Positions 12,625 through 24,404 of a DNA stretch of 64,000 nucleotides are shown here, in pieces. Position 1 is the first letter of the stretch; the number at the start of each line of letters is the position of its first letter. Position numbers and translations under genes: made by a program. The notes under the pieces were generated by a model. The model saw nothing but the letters and a program-made list of their open reading frames with translations. It was not told the DNA's origin and did no database searches. Origin of the DNA: Eledone cirrhosa (lineage: Eukaryota); contig OZ024753.1 in the NCBI GenBank assembly GCA_964016885.1, positions 47,182,001 through 47,246,000 on the forward strand, in the 5' to 3' direction.

Positions 12625-14805
12625 ATTTATTTTAAGAAACCTTAATGACAAATAATATAAAGTGTTTGTAAAGTGGGGAAGAGTAGTTTTACGGTGGGGT
12701 TGTTATATAGATATCGTTTTTGCAGTGGGGTCGTGACTGGCGTATAATAATGAGTCACTGTTGATGTATATACAAATCATGTTTTGGATATAAGTGAAGT
12801 TATTTAAGAGATTTAGTTGTTTTGTATACATTCATAACGGTACGCGATGGGACCCACCCACAGCCCCGGCGGACAGAATGGAGAAGGCGTTTCCCCGGAG
12901 CACGGCAAGGGAGACGCGCTGGAAAAGCCACTCCAACTCGCGGGGCTCACACCTGCGGCTGGCCAGCTCAGCGCCTATGGTGGTGAGTAAGGAGGTAGCC
13001 CTGGGGCCGAGGACACCAGAAGTCTCCACTTCCAGGGGTACGACCGCAAACCTGTCGGAGAGTGAACGATATGTGAGGAGTTTGGCCCCCTCAGCCTGAC
13101 GTGCAGCAGAACCTGGGCCAGTCGCAGACTGCACCAGGTTGCGGCTGCAGAAAGTGTCGGTGCAAGTGGCATCCCAGACGAGGGGTTTGCCACCGCGGAA
13201 CGGGAAGATGGTCATGCCATCTAGCCTTTTGCCGTCCCCTCGAGCTGGGAAGGGAAGCCTGCAGCGTCCAAGCCATGCTTAATGACTTCGTTGAGGGCAG
13301 CATGGCGTGGATTGCGGGTGGAGGCCGAAAGAGTCCATGGTGGAACGGCAGCGACATTGGTGTGAGGCCGAGCCTCAGGGAAACGCCGATGCGCAAGCTA
13401 TTGTTGTCTAGCTGCGTGCGAGTGGAGAAGGAGGGCAGGGCATGGAGCCAGGCCCCACTGTGGGGTTTGGAGGCTGCACGAAAACAAACAAGGCGGTGCT
13501 GGTCGAGCTGGCACGTGAGCCTGTCTGAGGCCAGGCTGCACTGGATGGCATCCCAAGTGTGTTGGGGGGGACTTGACGTCAACAGGGGGAGAAGGAGGAG
13601 GAACGTCTACTGGGCTAAGTCCCAGCCGGTGCCACGTCTCACAGGCGGCCACGCGTTCTCTGAACACAGAGGGTTCTGTTGTGTTTTGAAGAACCCTGCT
13701 GAAGAGGACGTGGTACGAGGTTACCGACGAAAGATATGCCGGCAAAGCTAGTGAGATCGGGGACTGGAGGCGAAGGCCGCCATACCTGACAGGTAAAGTT
13801 GCATATCTCATCGGCTGCTGCTCGGATACAAGTTTAGGTGTAGCACAGAGTGTATAGAGGAGCTTCGGCATGGCGTAGCAGTTCCTCAGCAGAAAGAGAA
13901 CTGGGTGGCCATCAATCAAGCCCAGTCGGCTCGTGAGAGTCTGGACTTGATGGAGGAGCGGATGGCCGGCGGGTGGATCGGTGAGGGCATCCTCTTTGGG
14001 GGGTCACCTGAACCTGGCGGAGAATGGACCGCACGTCCAAGACGGAGACTGCAAAGCTTGCAGCATCGAGGCTGACATTCACCACCTCCGACTTGGCTGA
14101 GTTGACCTGGAGGTCGATTCCCGCCAGGGCAGGAACCACCGATTGAAGGTCATGGCAGACCGCCTGTACGGGCCCACCCAAAGTAGCATCATCCAGATAC
14201 CAAACGTTGAGAGGGGCCGTTATACTCCAGGCGATGTGGTCAATACCAAGGGTGAACAGGAGGGGTCCCAAAGGGTTGCCCTGTTGGATCCCAGTAGCCA
14301 AGGGTATGACCGTATCAGCAGCATGGCGCATGCTTGGGGCTCCATATGACAGGTAGGCAGAGGGGGCTCGGCTGAGGCAGGCGTCGAGCAGATGATCCCA
14401 GCGTAAAGAGTTGAAGGCATTCCTCATGTCAAACTTGACAATGAGGTGGCTGGAGGCCCTGGATGCCGGTTCCGAGTGTTACGGACTTGCAGATTACCTT
14501 GGCAGCCAGCCTCCGGAAGACATTGCCCACAGCAATGGGGCGTATGCCATCCTCTTTCTTCCTGAGAGCGGTGAGGCTGGCCGAAAAAAAGAGGCCTCGA
14601 GCATAAGAGTCCAGGGCGCCATGGATGAGCCTATTGGTGAGCGCCACAATTGCACTCAGAAGGCGGCGCCCGGCCTCAGCGGAGAGGGGAGATATCAACT
14701 CCTTGAGGAGGCCTGGTCAGAGACCATCAACATCTCCGCAGCTGCTAGCTGGGAAGGACCTGATGGCGGACATGATGTCTGCATCAGAAGCCACAATGAG
14801 CAAGT
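12625..14805 (-). mobile_element. CRE-like non-LTR retrotransposon remnant, copy 3
   Basis: Same ORF fragments, offset +11825, with a few private substitutions. Confidence 0.85.
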
Positions 14806-16847
14806 GAGCAAGTGTGGATTACAATACAAAACCTCTGAGAATGATTTCTAAGATATTTCACCATAATTAATTTTCATCAATATATATTAATATTATTATT
14901 GTTTATTAGGTCAGGTGGATTGGCCAGAACAATTCTACTCTTCTTTTTTAGATGTCACGATTTTTCATGGCATTCCTGAGATCATTAATCTCCAGCTGGA
15001 GATCCAGAGACATCTGATGTATGTAGGTGAACCTCAGTCATCCCACTTGGCTCTTACTATGTTTAGGTATCCACCACAGGAGCCAGCTCATCAGGTCATC
15101 CTACCCTCAGCAGCAATGTCCAGCATCTATTGATTTCCGCTCCCTAGTTATTGTGGTAATCTTCGATATCTGGGAATATATTTCTTCTGCTTAAGGGAGT
15201 AATAAATATATAGTTTTAAAAAAAACATATATATACACACACATATATATATGTTGTCATTTATAAGAGTTCTCTATCAAAAGCCTTCTCTATGTCCAAA
15301 GCTAAGTATAGTGGCTTATTTTTCTCTAAGAACCTCTTTTGTAGTTGTCTCACTAAGAAGAGGGCATCTGTTGCACTTTTCAGCGGCACAAAACCAAACT
15401 GCATCTCATACACATACATACATATACATACATACATACATACATATACACATACATACATACATCATCATCATCATCATCATCATCATTTCGTTTTAAG
15501 TCCGCTTTTTCCCTGCTTGTAAGGGTGGGACGGGAACTGATTCTGGCTTGATTTCTACAGCTGGATGCCCTTCCTAACACCAACCTCATTTACAGTGAGT
15601 GCTGAGTGCTTTTTTGCCGTGGCACCTCCACGACCACTTTGCAGTGGAATGATATGGACCCCAGTCCCTATCATCTCATTTCTACAGCTGAGTAAACTGG
15701 AGCAATGTGAAATAAAGTGTCTTGCTCAAGGAAACAACACATCACCCGGTCTGAGAATTGAACTCACAACTTTTCGATTGCCAGGCCAATGCTCGAACCA
15801 CTAAGCCATGTGCCTACATATACATATACATATACATACACATACATATACATACATATATATATACATACATACATATATACACATACATACATACACA
15901 TACATACACATATACATACATATACATACATAGATATATATATATACATAATATAAATATACATACATACACATACATAAGCATATACACATAAGTATAT
16001 ATACATATACACACGTATATATACATATACATACATACATATATACACATACATACATATATACATACATACACACATATATACATATACACATACATAC
16101 ATATACATACATATACACATACATACATATATATATATACATACACACACATATATACATACACACACATATATACAAACACATACATATACACATATAT
16201 ACACATACATATACATACATATACACATATACACTCATATATACATATACATACATACACACACATACATACATATATACATATACATACATAAAGACAA
16301 ATCCACCTCATGGACGAGAATGCAAGGGCTCCTCCTCTTTGTTTCGGCCGCGGATGGCTAACCCTAACCCCATCCCCGCTCCCCACCGCTCCCAACCTCC
16401 AAACGCAATCCAAAACTTCAGAGTTGGTACCATTAATGTAGGCACCTTATAGGGTGGCTCTAACGAGGTTGTAGAAATGCTTGAACGTAAGGAGGTCGAT
16501 GTTTGTTGTATTCAAGAGACCAGGTGGAGGGGTGGGTCTGCTAGATTCATCGTGGGTAAAGAACGATGCTATAAGCTTTTCTGTGTGGCAAATGACAATG
16601 GGCTGGGTATACACATACCACCCCACCACCCCACCGCAAAGTGGTCGTGGAGGCGCCGCGGCAAAAAAGCACCCAGCCCACACTGTAAAGCTGACGTGGA
16701 GGTGCCACGGAAAAAAAAAAGCACCCAGCACTCACTGCAAACGGGGTTGGCGTCAGGAAGGGCACCCAGCTGTAGAAACCAATCCAGAATCAGCTCCCAC
16801 CCCACCCTTGCAAGCATGAAAAAGCGGACGTATGATGAAGTTGATAT

Positions 16848-16882
<35 letters not shown>

Positions 16883-17605
16883 TATATATATACACATATA
16901 TATATACACACATATATATCAGTGTACATATATATATAAATGAATATTTATTCAATTTAAAGCGCCAATTATCTATATATAACAAGATATGAATTTTTCT
17001 AGGGATGGGGAAATTTTCAGTTTGTTTTTATATTTTAACTTCATTTTTTACTTTCTATTTATTACAGTCTTTGATCCAATATAATCCTGACAGTATTTGA
17101 ACCAGTTTACCTCATATATATGTATGCACACACAACACTCAAGTTTCGCCATCTACTGCTATTTCATTCATATTTATTGTTTAATTAACTCTGGTCTAAT
17201 TCATCAACTATTGTTAATTATATTATTACGTAGATTTCTTATAAAATCTAGTGCATATATACGTGTATATATACAGGGAGACACTGTAATAGATGTAAAG
17301 AGAGTGGGAGATAGAGTTATAGAAGTAAAGAGAGGGGGAGAAATAAGCGGTAGATAGAGTAATAGATGTAAAGAGAGGGTTAGAACGTTCAACTTGACAG
17401 TCAGTACAATGTTCAGCATGGTAGCCAGTACATATGCCAACTACCCAACCGGCCAGCCAGCCGCATATGCGGTTGACTGGCCAGTTGGGCGGTTGGTATG
17501 TGGAACGTTCAACTACGCAGTCAGTACCAAAGTTCAACATTGTAGCCAGTGCATATGCCGATCGCCGCGCCCTCTTTGCTTTATTTTAATGACCTGGAAC
17601 TAAGT

Positions 17606-17715
17606 AAAAAGAGTAGGAGATAACTCGACAAGAGCGGAGAGGGTGAGATTCGAACCATGTAAAGTCGTTGGCTCCTGAAGTTCGTAAGCGGGGCTGTTAC
17701 TGACTGAGCAGCGCC
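17606..17715 (-). ncRNA. tRNA-like Pol III element, unit 3
   Basis: Copy with one substitution in the 5' stem. Confidence 0.55.
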
Positions 17716-18506
17716 GGCAGCAAGGCAAATCGCGCATAAAATAACGCTTATATCGACAAAAAAAAAAAAAAAATTTCAATGTTGCACTCTTGTTTGTTGT
17801 TCTTTTATTTTACGTAAACATTTCGCTGCTCTAGCCTCTTATTTCCTATTAGATTACACTTAATTCCATTAAACATTCATTCTTAGTCTCGTGGTAAACT
17901 ATTTCATCTATATTTATATCGCTGTTACAGCCTTTTATTTCTACATCTATCACCTATAGCCACTGTTACGCCGGTAGTATAAGTAGCTTTATAACAAGAA
18001 ACGATGATATAACTCCACAAAATGTCTTCTTGAGCAAGACACTTCACTTCATATTGCTCCAGTACACCGAGTTACACATAGACAGATACATACATACATA
18101 CACAGATAGAAATGAGAGGTAGATAGAGTAAAAGATTTAAAGAGAGTGTGAGAAGTACGAGTTAGATAGTGTAAAAGATTTAAAGAGAGGGTGAGAGTGT
18201 GACACACATTTATCTGTCTATCTCTCTCTATTTTAACACCGGTCGTTATAATTAGTTTTATAACACCGCTATATTACCGACATGAAAGAGGTAAATAATT
18301 ATTTCTTAAATGTTTAGAACATGTTTCTCTTGTCTTCTTAAATGTATAGAACATGTTTCTTATTTATATTCTTAACATAGCTAGGACCTTATCTCATTTA
18401 CTGGTCTCTACTTTTAGGACTTTGCTGGTCCCATGTGCCCTCCATGAAGACACACTCGCCCCTTCTCTCTCAGTCTCCGTACTAATTACTACACATACGT
18501 ATATAT

Positions 18507-18760
18507 ATTTATTTTAAGAAACCTTAATGACAAATAATATAAAGTGTTTGTAAAGTGGGGAAGAGTAGTTTTACGGTGGGGTTGTTATATAGATATCGTT
18601 TTTGCAGTGGGGTCGTGACTGGCGTATAATAATGAGTCACTGTTGATGTATATACAAATCATGTTTTGGATATAAGTGAAGTTATTTAAGAGATTTAGTT
18701 GTTTTGTATACATTCATAACGGTACGCGATGGGACCCACCCACAGCCCCGGCGGACAGAA
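18507..18760 (-). mobile_element. 3' end only of the CRE-like element (partial unit 4)
   Basis: Matches 800-1053, then switches abruptly to CR1/L2-type RT sequence. Confidence 0.85.
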
Positions 18761-19020
18761 AGTCCAGATATATCATGTCCACATGTGAGCTGTCAAGCAG
18801 TTGTTTCAGTACCCAGTCTTAATGATGTAGCAGCTGTGTAAGGCAGCTTCTTCCTGGGTGAAAGCCATGCTGTGTGTTAGTCAGGCAGTCATTTTCCTCG
18901 AGGAAAGTGATCAGTTTCTTTCTGACGATTCGCTCCATGACCTTACTGATATGTGACGTCAGGGAGACTGGCCTATGTTGTTTGGCTTCCGCTCTGCTAC
19001 CTCCTATATGGATAGGGCAC
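18758..19020 (-). mobile_element. CR1/L2-group LINE RT fragment
   Basis: Manual translation HRPVSLTSHISKVMERIV...TQHGFHPGRSCLTQLL...VDMIYLDF. Confidence 0.8.
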
Positions 19021-19306
19021 TTGTGAATGCAAGCTCACCTTTATCATTCTGGAAACACTTCTCTCCAATGACATCACAATTCTCTCTGACACACTGCCTC
19101 GTAATCTGGAACACCTCCTGTTTCTGTTCCTCGTGTTGCAAAACATGCTTGAATTTCCTATCCTCTACCTCCCTTCTAGCTAAGTATACTTGTCGCCTAG
19201 CTTCCCTCCTGGTCTCTATGTAATGTGCCCTGTTCTTCCATTCTTTCCATGCCTGTCGCTTAACCTTAACTGCCTCATCTACCATATTGTTCCACCACCA
19301 AGTCAC
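19021..19306 (-). mobile_element. RTE LINE fragment (EN-RT linker)
   Basis: TWWWNNMVDEAVKVKRQAWKEWK...RREARRQVY; homologous to ~25050-25320. Confidence 0.8.
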
Positions 19307-20261
19307 TCTCCTCCTCCCTGTATATATCTTTTTATCATTATCCTTTTCTCAAATATAGACAAATTACGACACACACACACAAATATTATGCATGGATATG
19401 TTACCTGGAAGCTGGAGAGTGAGAATAATATAGAGGATAAAAGTCTATCTTCAGCAACAAGTGCAATATTGTCTCCCATGTTGAAAGATTATTTTACAAT
19501 ATAAGAACTTGAAACTAAGACTAACTGAGTCACAGAATAGATAGGGATGTACACAAAAGACCTAGATGTGAAAAGAAGTGGAAATTGTGCAGATTGAACA
19601 TTGAAGATGTGACCGATGTGAAGAAGCTGTGGAAAGATGTGGCGAAAAGTGTGAAGAATGCAATCCCTAGAAAGGTCATCCCCGAGAGTAAACATTGGGA
19701 GTTACAGCAAACGTTTTAAGACATAGAAAGAGTAGTTGTGGATTGTTCCGGTGAAAAGCAATGAATCGGAAGCATAACAGACGACGCCCAGCAGTTGGAG
19801 TTCGCAGCCAAGCAGATACCAATATAATATTATATATTAGGGAATCAGATAGTTTGTCTTTATTTCCTGTTGTTTTATTGCAAAAGCGTATCCTTGAAAG
19901 TGAGAGACAATATAGCGTTTGTTGGTGAAGATAATATAATTTGTTTATCTATATTACTCTCTATGCAGAAATAAGGAAACATTTGCACATGGTCGACCCT
20001 GACTATACGTTCATATTAGTTGTGAAGCTTTGCTTTAGAGAAATAGAAAGAAGACGACTATATTTGTAATTCGAAGTATAATCGATGTAAGTATGATAAA
20101 AAATATTTGAAACATTGGAGATGATGTGCATCTAAATACTAAGCATATACAGATGCACACATAAGTGAAAAGGAACACAAGCACACACAAATAGATGGAT
20201 AGCTGCACACACATGCATACATATCTACCTAGTTGATGTTTAAATTTCAACAAGTCTTATC

Positions 20262-21850
20262 TTCATCACTTTACGTCCGCTTTTCCTTGCTTGCAAGGGT
20301 GGGACGAACCTATTGAGCACAGTATCTCTCCACTTGTCACGGTCCTTCGTCATCTCCTCATTGAGCTTTAGAGATTTGAGGTCTGCTCACACCAGCTCCG
20401 CCCGTATTTTTCGTGGTCTTCCTCTACTGCGTTGTCCTTCTACTGGGATTTCTTGGCACTTCTTTACCTAGGTGTCATCCTCCATGCGCATCACATGTCT
20501 ATACCAACATAGTCTTCTCTCCTGCACACTACAACTTATCCCAGTTAAACAGTTTCTCCCTGAAGTCCTCCATGCCTAGTCGTTCATTTCTCTCCAGCCA
20601 TCGCATATCCTCTGCAGTTGCTGCCCAAGTCTCACTATCATGCAGCATCGCGCATCTCACACAGTCATCATATAACCATCCTTTCGTACGCAGGGAGAAA
20701 TCCTTCTTTGTCAACAGAGGAAGCAGCTCCCTAAATTTCTTCCGACCTGTCCTTATTCTAGATATTATGGTCTCGGAACACCCCTCCCATTCTAATCAGA
20801 TCACCTAGGTAGCGGAAGCTATCACCCACTTCTTTAGAACCCACCTTCATGTGGTAAATGTGTCTATCACTGCGTCTTCTACTGTCAAGTTCTGTACAAC
20901 TACTGCATACGTATTTCTCTCTACTTGTTAGTTTGCCTGCTATCCCACTACATCTCTTGTGTACCCAGGATCTGCATTGTGTACATTTTATAGAATTTAT
21001 CCCAACTCCTTTTCTACATATTGAACATGACCATTTCCCTGATGGAATCAGAGTTTTGTCCTCTTCTCTACTTATCAATACTTTTGTCTTAGCTAGGTTC
21101 ACTCTCAGTCCTCTTGATTCCAACTGATTTTTCCATAGACAGAATTTCTTCTCTAGTTCCTCTACTGAATCTGCTATAAGTACCAGATCGTCAGCCTAGA
21201 GAAGTTCCCATGGGCAGTCAGTCTTAAACTCGTGTTATGGCTTGGAGAATTATAATGAACAAGATCGGGCTGAGGACAGAGCCCTGATGCACTCCTACTT
21301 GTATCTGGAATTCCTCATTAAACTCCATTACTTCTCTCACTTTACTGACAGAACCTCTGTACTTAGCTTGCACTGTCCTCACAAGCCATTCCTCTACACC
21401 TATTTTCCTTAGAGACCACCAGATGACAGATCGTGGTACACTATCAAAGACCTCCTCTAAGTCATCAAAAGCTAAGTATAGTGGCTTATTCTTCTCTAAG
21501 AACCTCTCTTGTAGTTGTATCACTAAGAAGAGGGCATCTGTTGTACTTTTCCCAGGCATAAAACCAAACTGCATCTCATTTAGTTTGGCCCTTTCTCTAA
21601 TTAGTTGCAATAGTATTCTTTCTGTCACTTTCATAACCGGATCCATCAGTTTGATGCCCCTATAATTGCTCATTTCCAGAGCATCCCTTTCTACCTTTGT
21701 CGCAATTTATAAGAATACTGCTGCACCAGTCTTTGGGTATGACTCAGCCATATATATAACTTGATTGACGATGCGTGCAACCAGTTTAGTAGCTACTTTT
21801 GATGCCCTAACCCTATATTCGTCTTTGTGAATAGCTGGTCCCTCTATCGG
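20262..21850 (-). mobile_element. Decayed RTE LINE (RT, Cys-rich insert, 3' end)
   Basis: NYRGIKL, QFGFMPGKSTTDA, GVHQGSVLSP, GLRVNLAKTK, CxxC..CxxC..WVHKRC, FRYLG; 3' tail AAAAGCGGACGTAAA. Confidence 0.92.
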
Positions 21851-23044
21851 ATAATAATTTGTGAAAAAATGAAAGAAGAAAACACACACATACACTCTCT
21901 CACTCACATGAACAGACATTGAGCACTAAATATCTATTTGTTTTTAATATATAATTTCAATAATAATTAATTGCTAAGATGGATTACATTGCCACCGGTT
22001 ATATTTTATATATTTCCTAAAACTCGTTTGTTTAAAAAGCTTATTTTTTTTTTCTTTTTACTCTGACATTTTGACTTGTAGCTCTGATAAGTTGAGCTAG
22101 ATTGCCAGCGTTGAAATAGTTGCGCTTTAGTTTTGATGTGGGGGTATAGTATATTGTCATGTATGTATATACTTATGTGTACATATATCTATATATGTAT
22201 GTATGTATACACGTGTATGTATATCTATATGTATATCTACATATATATATATATATGTTATTGTGTATAGTGTTTGTGTGTTTACATAAGACTACAAATC
22301 TGTTTATGCAGCATTCCAATTAGCAAAGGGAGATTACTCTACAATATTTTAATAAAATTATTGGAGTTGTTTCCCTTTTATCCGGAAATGTTGTCGTTTG
22401 ATAAAACTGTGATTGAATTTATGCCTTGTTAAGGCTGGTTCGGTCTCAGTCAGTGCTAATTGTATGCTGTTAAAAGAAAGATATTTCATGTGACATAATT
22501 ACTGCAACAGGTTAGGTATTTTCAAGGTTTGGGGTTGTATTTTATTGTTTAAATATGATTGTCACTTAGATAAGACAGGATTCATCAATTTGTAGAAGAA
22601 TTGATAGGGTTAAGTTTTAATTTTTGGGTGGGTGTGTATATATGAAACTGAATAGCTATTTATATACATGATCTGTTGATTCTCTATCCTTCTTTCTCAT
22701 AAATATAGACATAGAAATTACGATATACAAGTACACACATACATGCATACACTCACACACACACATATATTTCACATTGTTCTGATCAAAATATTTAATT
22801 TCTTCACAGAATAATAAATCATGTTTTAGTTTTTGCTGGTGTTGTTTGGATTGGCGGTGTTGTTGTGAGTGGTGGCGGTGTTTGTGTTGTTGTTGTTACA
22901 CATACACACACATACCCACACTGACTGGCAAAACTTCTTTCATCTCAATGAAATTTCCGCCCAAACAACTACTACCACCTCCATCCCCACCACCAGGTTC
23001 ACAATTATACACACACACACAGATTCATACATACACACATGTGT

Positions 23045-23467
23045 GAGATGGTAGTGAGACATGGGCAGCAACTGCAGAAGATATGCGACGGCTAGAGAGA
23101 AATGAAGCAAGCATGCTCCATTGGATGTGCAATGCCAAAGTGCGTGAACGACCAAGCATAGACGAGTTGAGAAAGAAACTGGGTATAAGAGGGATAAGTT
23201 GTGGTGTGCAGGAGAGAAGGCTGAGATGGTATGGACATGTGATGCGAATGTAGGATGACCGCCGGCTAAAGAAGTGCCAAGAAATCCCAGTAGAAGGAAG
23301 ACGCAGTAGAGGTAGACCACGAAAAACATGGGCGGAGGTGGTGAGAGCAGACCTCAAATCTCACCGAGGAGATGACGAAGGACCGTGACAAGTGGAGAGA
23401 TGCTGTGCTGAATAGGACCCGTCCAACCCTTGCAAGCAGGGAAAAGCGGACGTAAAATGATGACGAT
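23045..23467 (+). mobile_element. RTE LINE 3' fragment
   Basis: GSETWAATAEDMRRLERNEASML...RRLRWYGHVMRM...RGRPRKTW; ends GAAAAGCGGACGTAAAATGATGA. Confidence 0.88.
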
Positions 23468-23529
23468 ATTAGTGGGTGTGTGTTCATAATCACTCACGGG
23501 AAGTCAAATGGCTGCAGGTCAGTCAGATT

Positions 23530-23700
23530 TATATTTAATTTATTTCTTAAAAAATAAAATTTGTTTAATTTATTTCTTAAAAAAAAGTTCAATTTAATTT
23601 TTTTCTTAAAAAATAAAAAGTTTAATTTCATTTATTTCTTAAAAAAAAAATTAAATATAATTAATTTCTTAAAAAAAAAGCTTTGTTAAATTTATTTTTA
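23530..23700. repeat. AT-rich ~30-bp minisatellite (AATTTATTTCTTAAAAAA...)
   Basis: About five to six imperfect copies seen directly. Confidence 0.8.
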
Positions 23701-23854
23701 CGTTTTGTATTGGGGAAAAATTTTCCATTTAATTAATTTCATCATTTTGTTGTATATACACACATGCATATATACAATTGTTATATATATATATATGAAA
23801 TGTCATATAAGGTGGGAGTTATTAGAATACTTTGCAGTATTCCTTTTTGTTCTA

Positions 23855-24010
23855 TGCTCTCTGAGTTGAAATCCCGCCGAGGTCAATTTTGCCTTTCATC
23901 CCTTGGAAGTTGATAAAAAAAGTACCAGTGAAATACTGATGTGAATTCTTCCTCTCTTTATTTTTCTCACTTTATCTTTTTATGAATAAAAGTACCAGTC
24001 AAATACTGGG
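23855..24010 (+). mobile_element. SINE fragment(s), octopus-type as recalled
   Basis: GAGTTGAAATCCCGCCGAGGTCAATTTTGCCTTTCATCC...GATAAAAAAAGTACCAGT. Inverted relatives at ~28895-28950 and ~31725-31805. Confidence 0.65.
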
Positions 24011-24404
24011 TTCCTCTCTTCTCTGTGTTTCCTCTCTTCCCTGTCTATCTTTCTGGAAGAATTTGCTATTTTTAGAACTGGAGGGGGTGGGATTTGTTAG
24101 GGATTAAGGTTAGAAAATGAAAGATATATATGTATATATATGTATAATATGTGTGTTGATGAAATTATGTTGGTGTTGGTGGTGGTAAAAATTGTTTTGC
24201 AAGATTTATCTGGAAAAATCTGTTGAATTATATTGTTTTGTTTTCACTTTGATTTATTATATAATTATGGTTGGTTGGTTGTCTCTCTCGTGGTTACTGG
24301 TATTGTCTCTCTGTTCTCTCGTTTGACAAACGACTTTATAAAAGCTGACTCAATATTGTTCAATGTTTTACTGCTACTTTAAGAGACGGGTGGGCAAAGG
24401 GGGA

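Larger units (their letters stand above)
1..18760. repeat. Tandem array A, ~5.9 kb unit (1-5913, 5914-11825, 11826-17711, partial 17712-18760); probably continues upstream of the window
   Basis: CGCCGGCAGCAAGGCAAATC recurs at 1, 5914, 11826 and 17712. Identical ORFs recur at 969/6882/12794. Identity stops after GCGGACAGAA at 18760. Confidence 0.98.

Noticed and set aside
19500-19800. Purine-rich stretch possibly encoding a retroelement C-terminal fragment (CRLNIEDVTDVKKLWKDV)
   Set aside because: Too short and interrupted to assign without a search.
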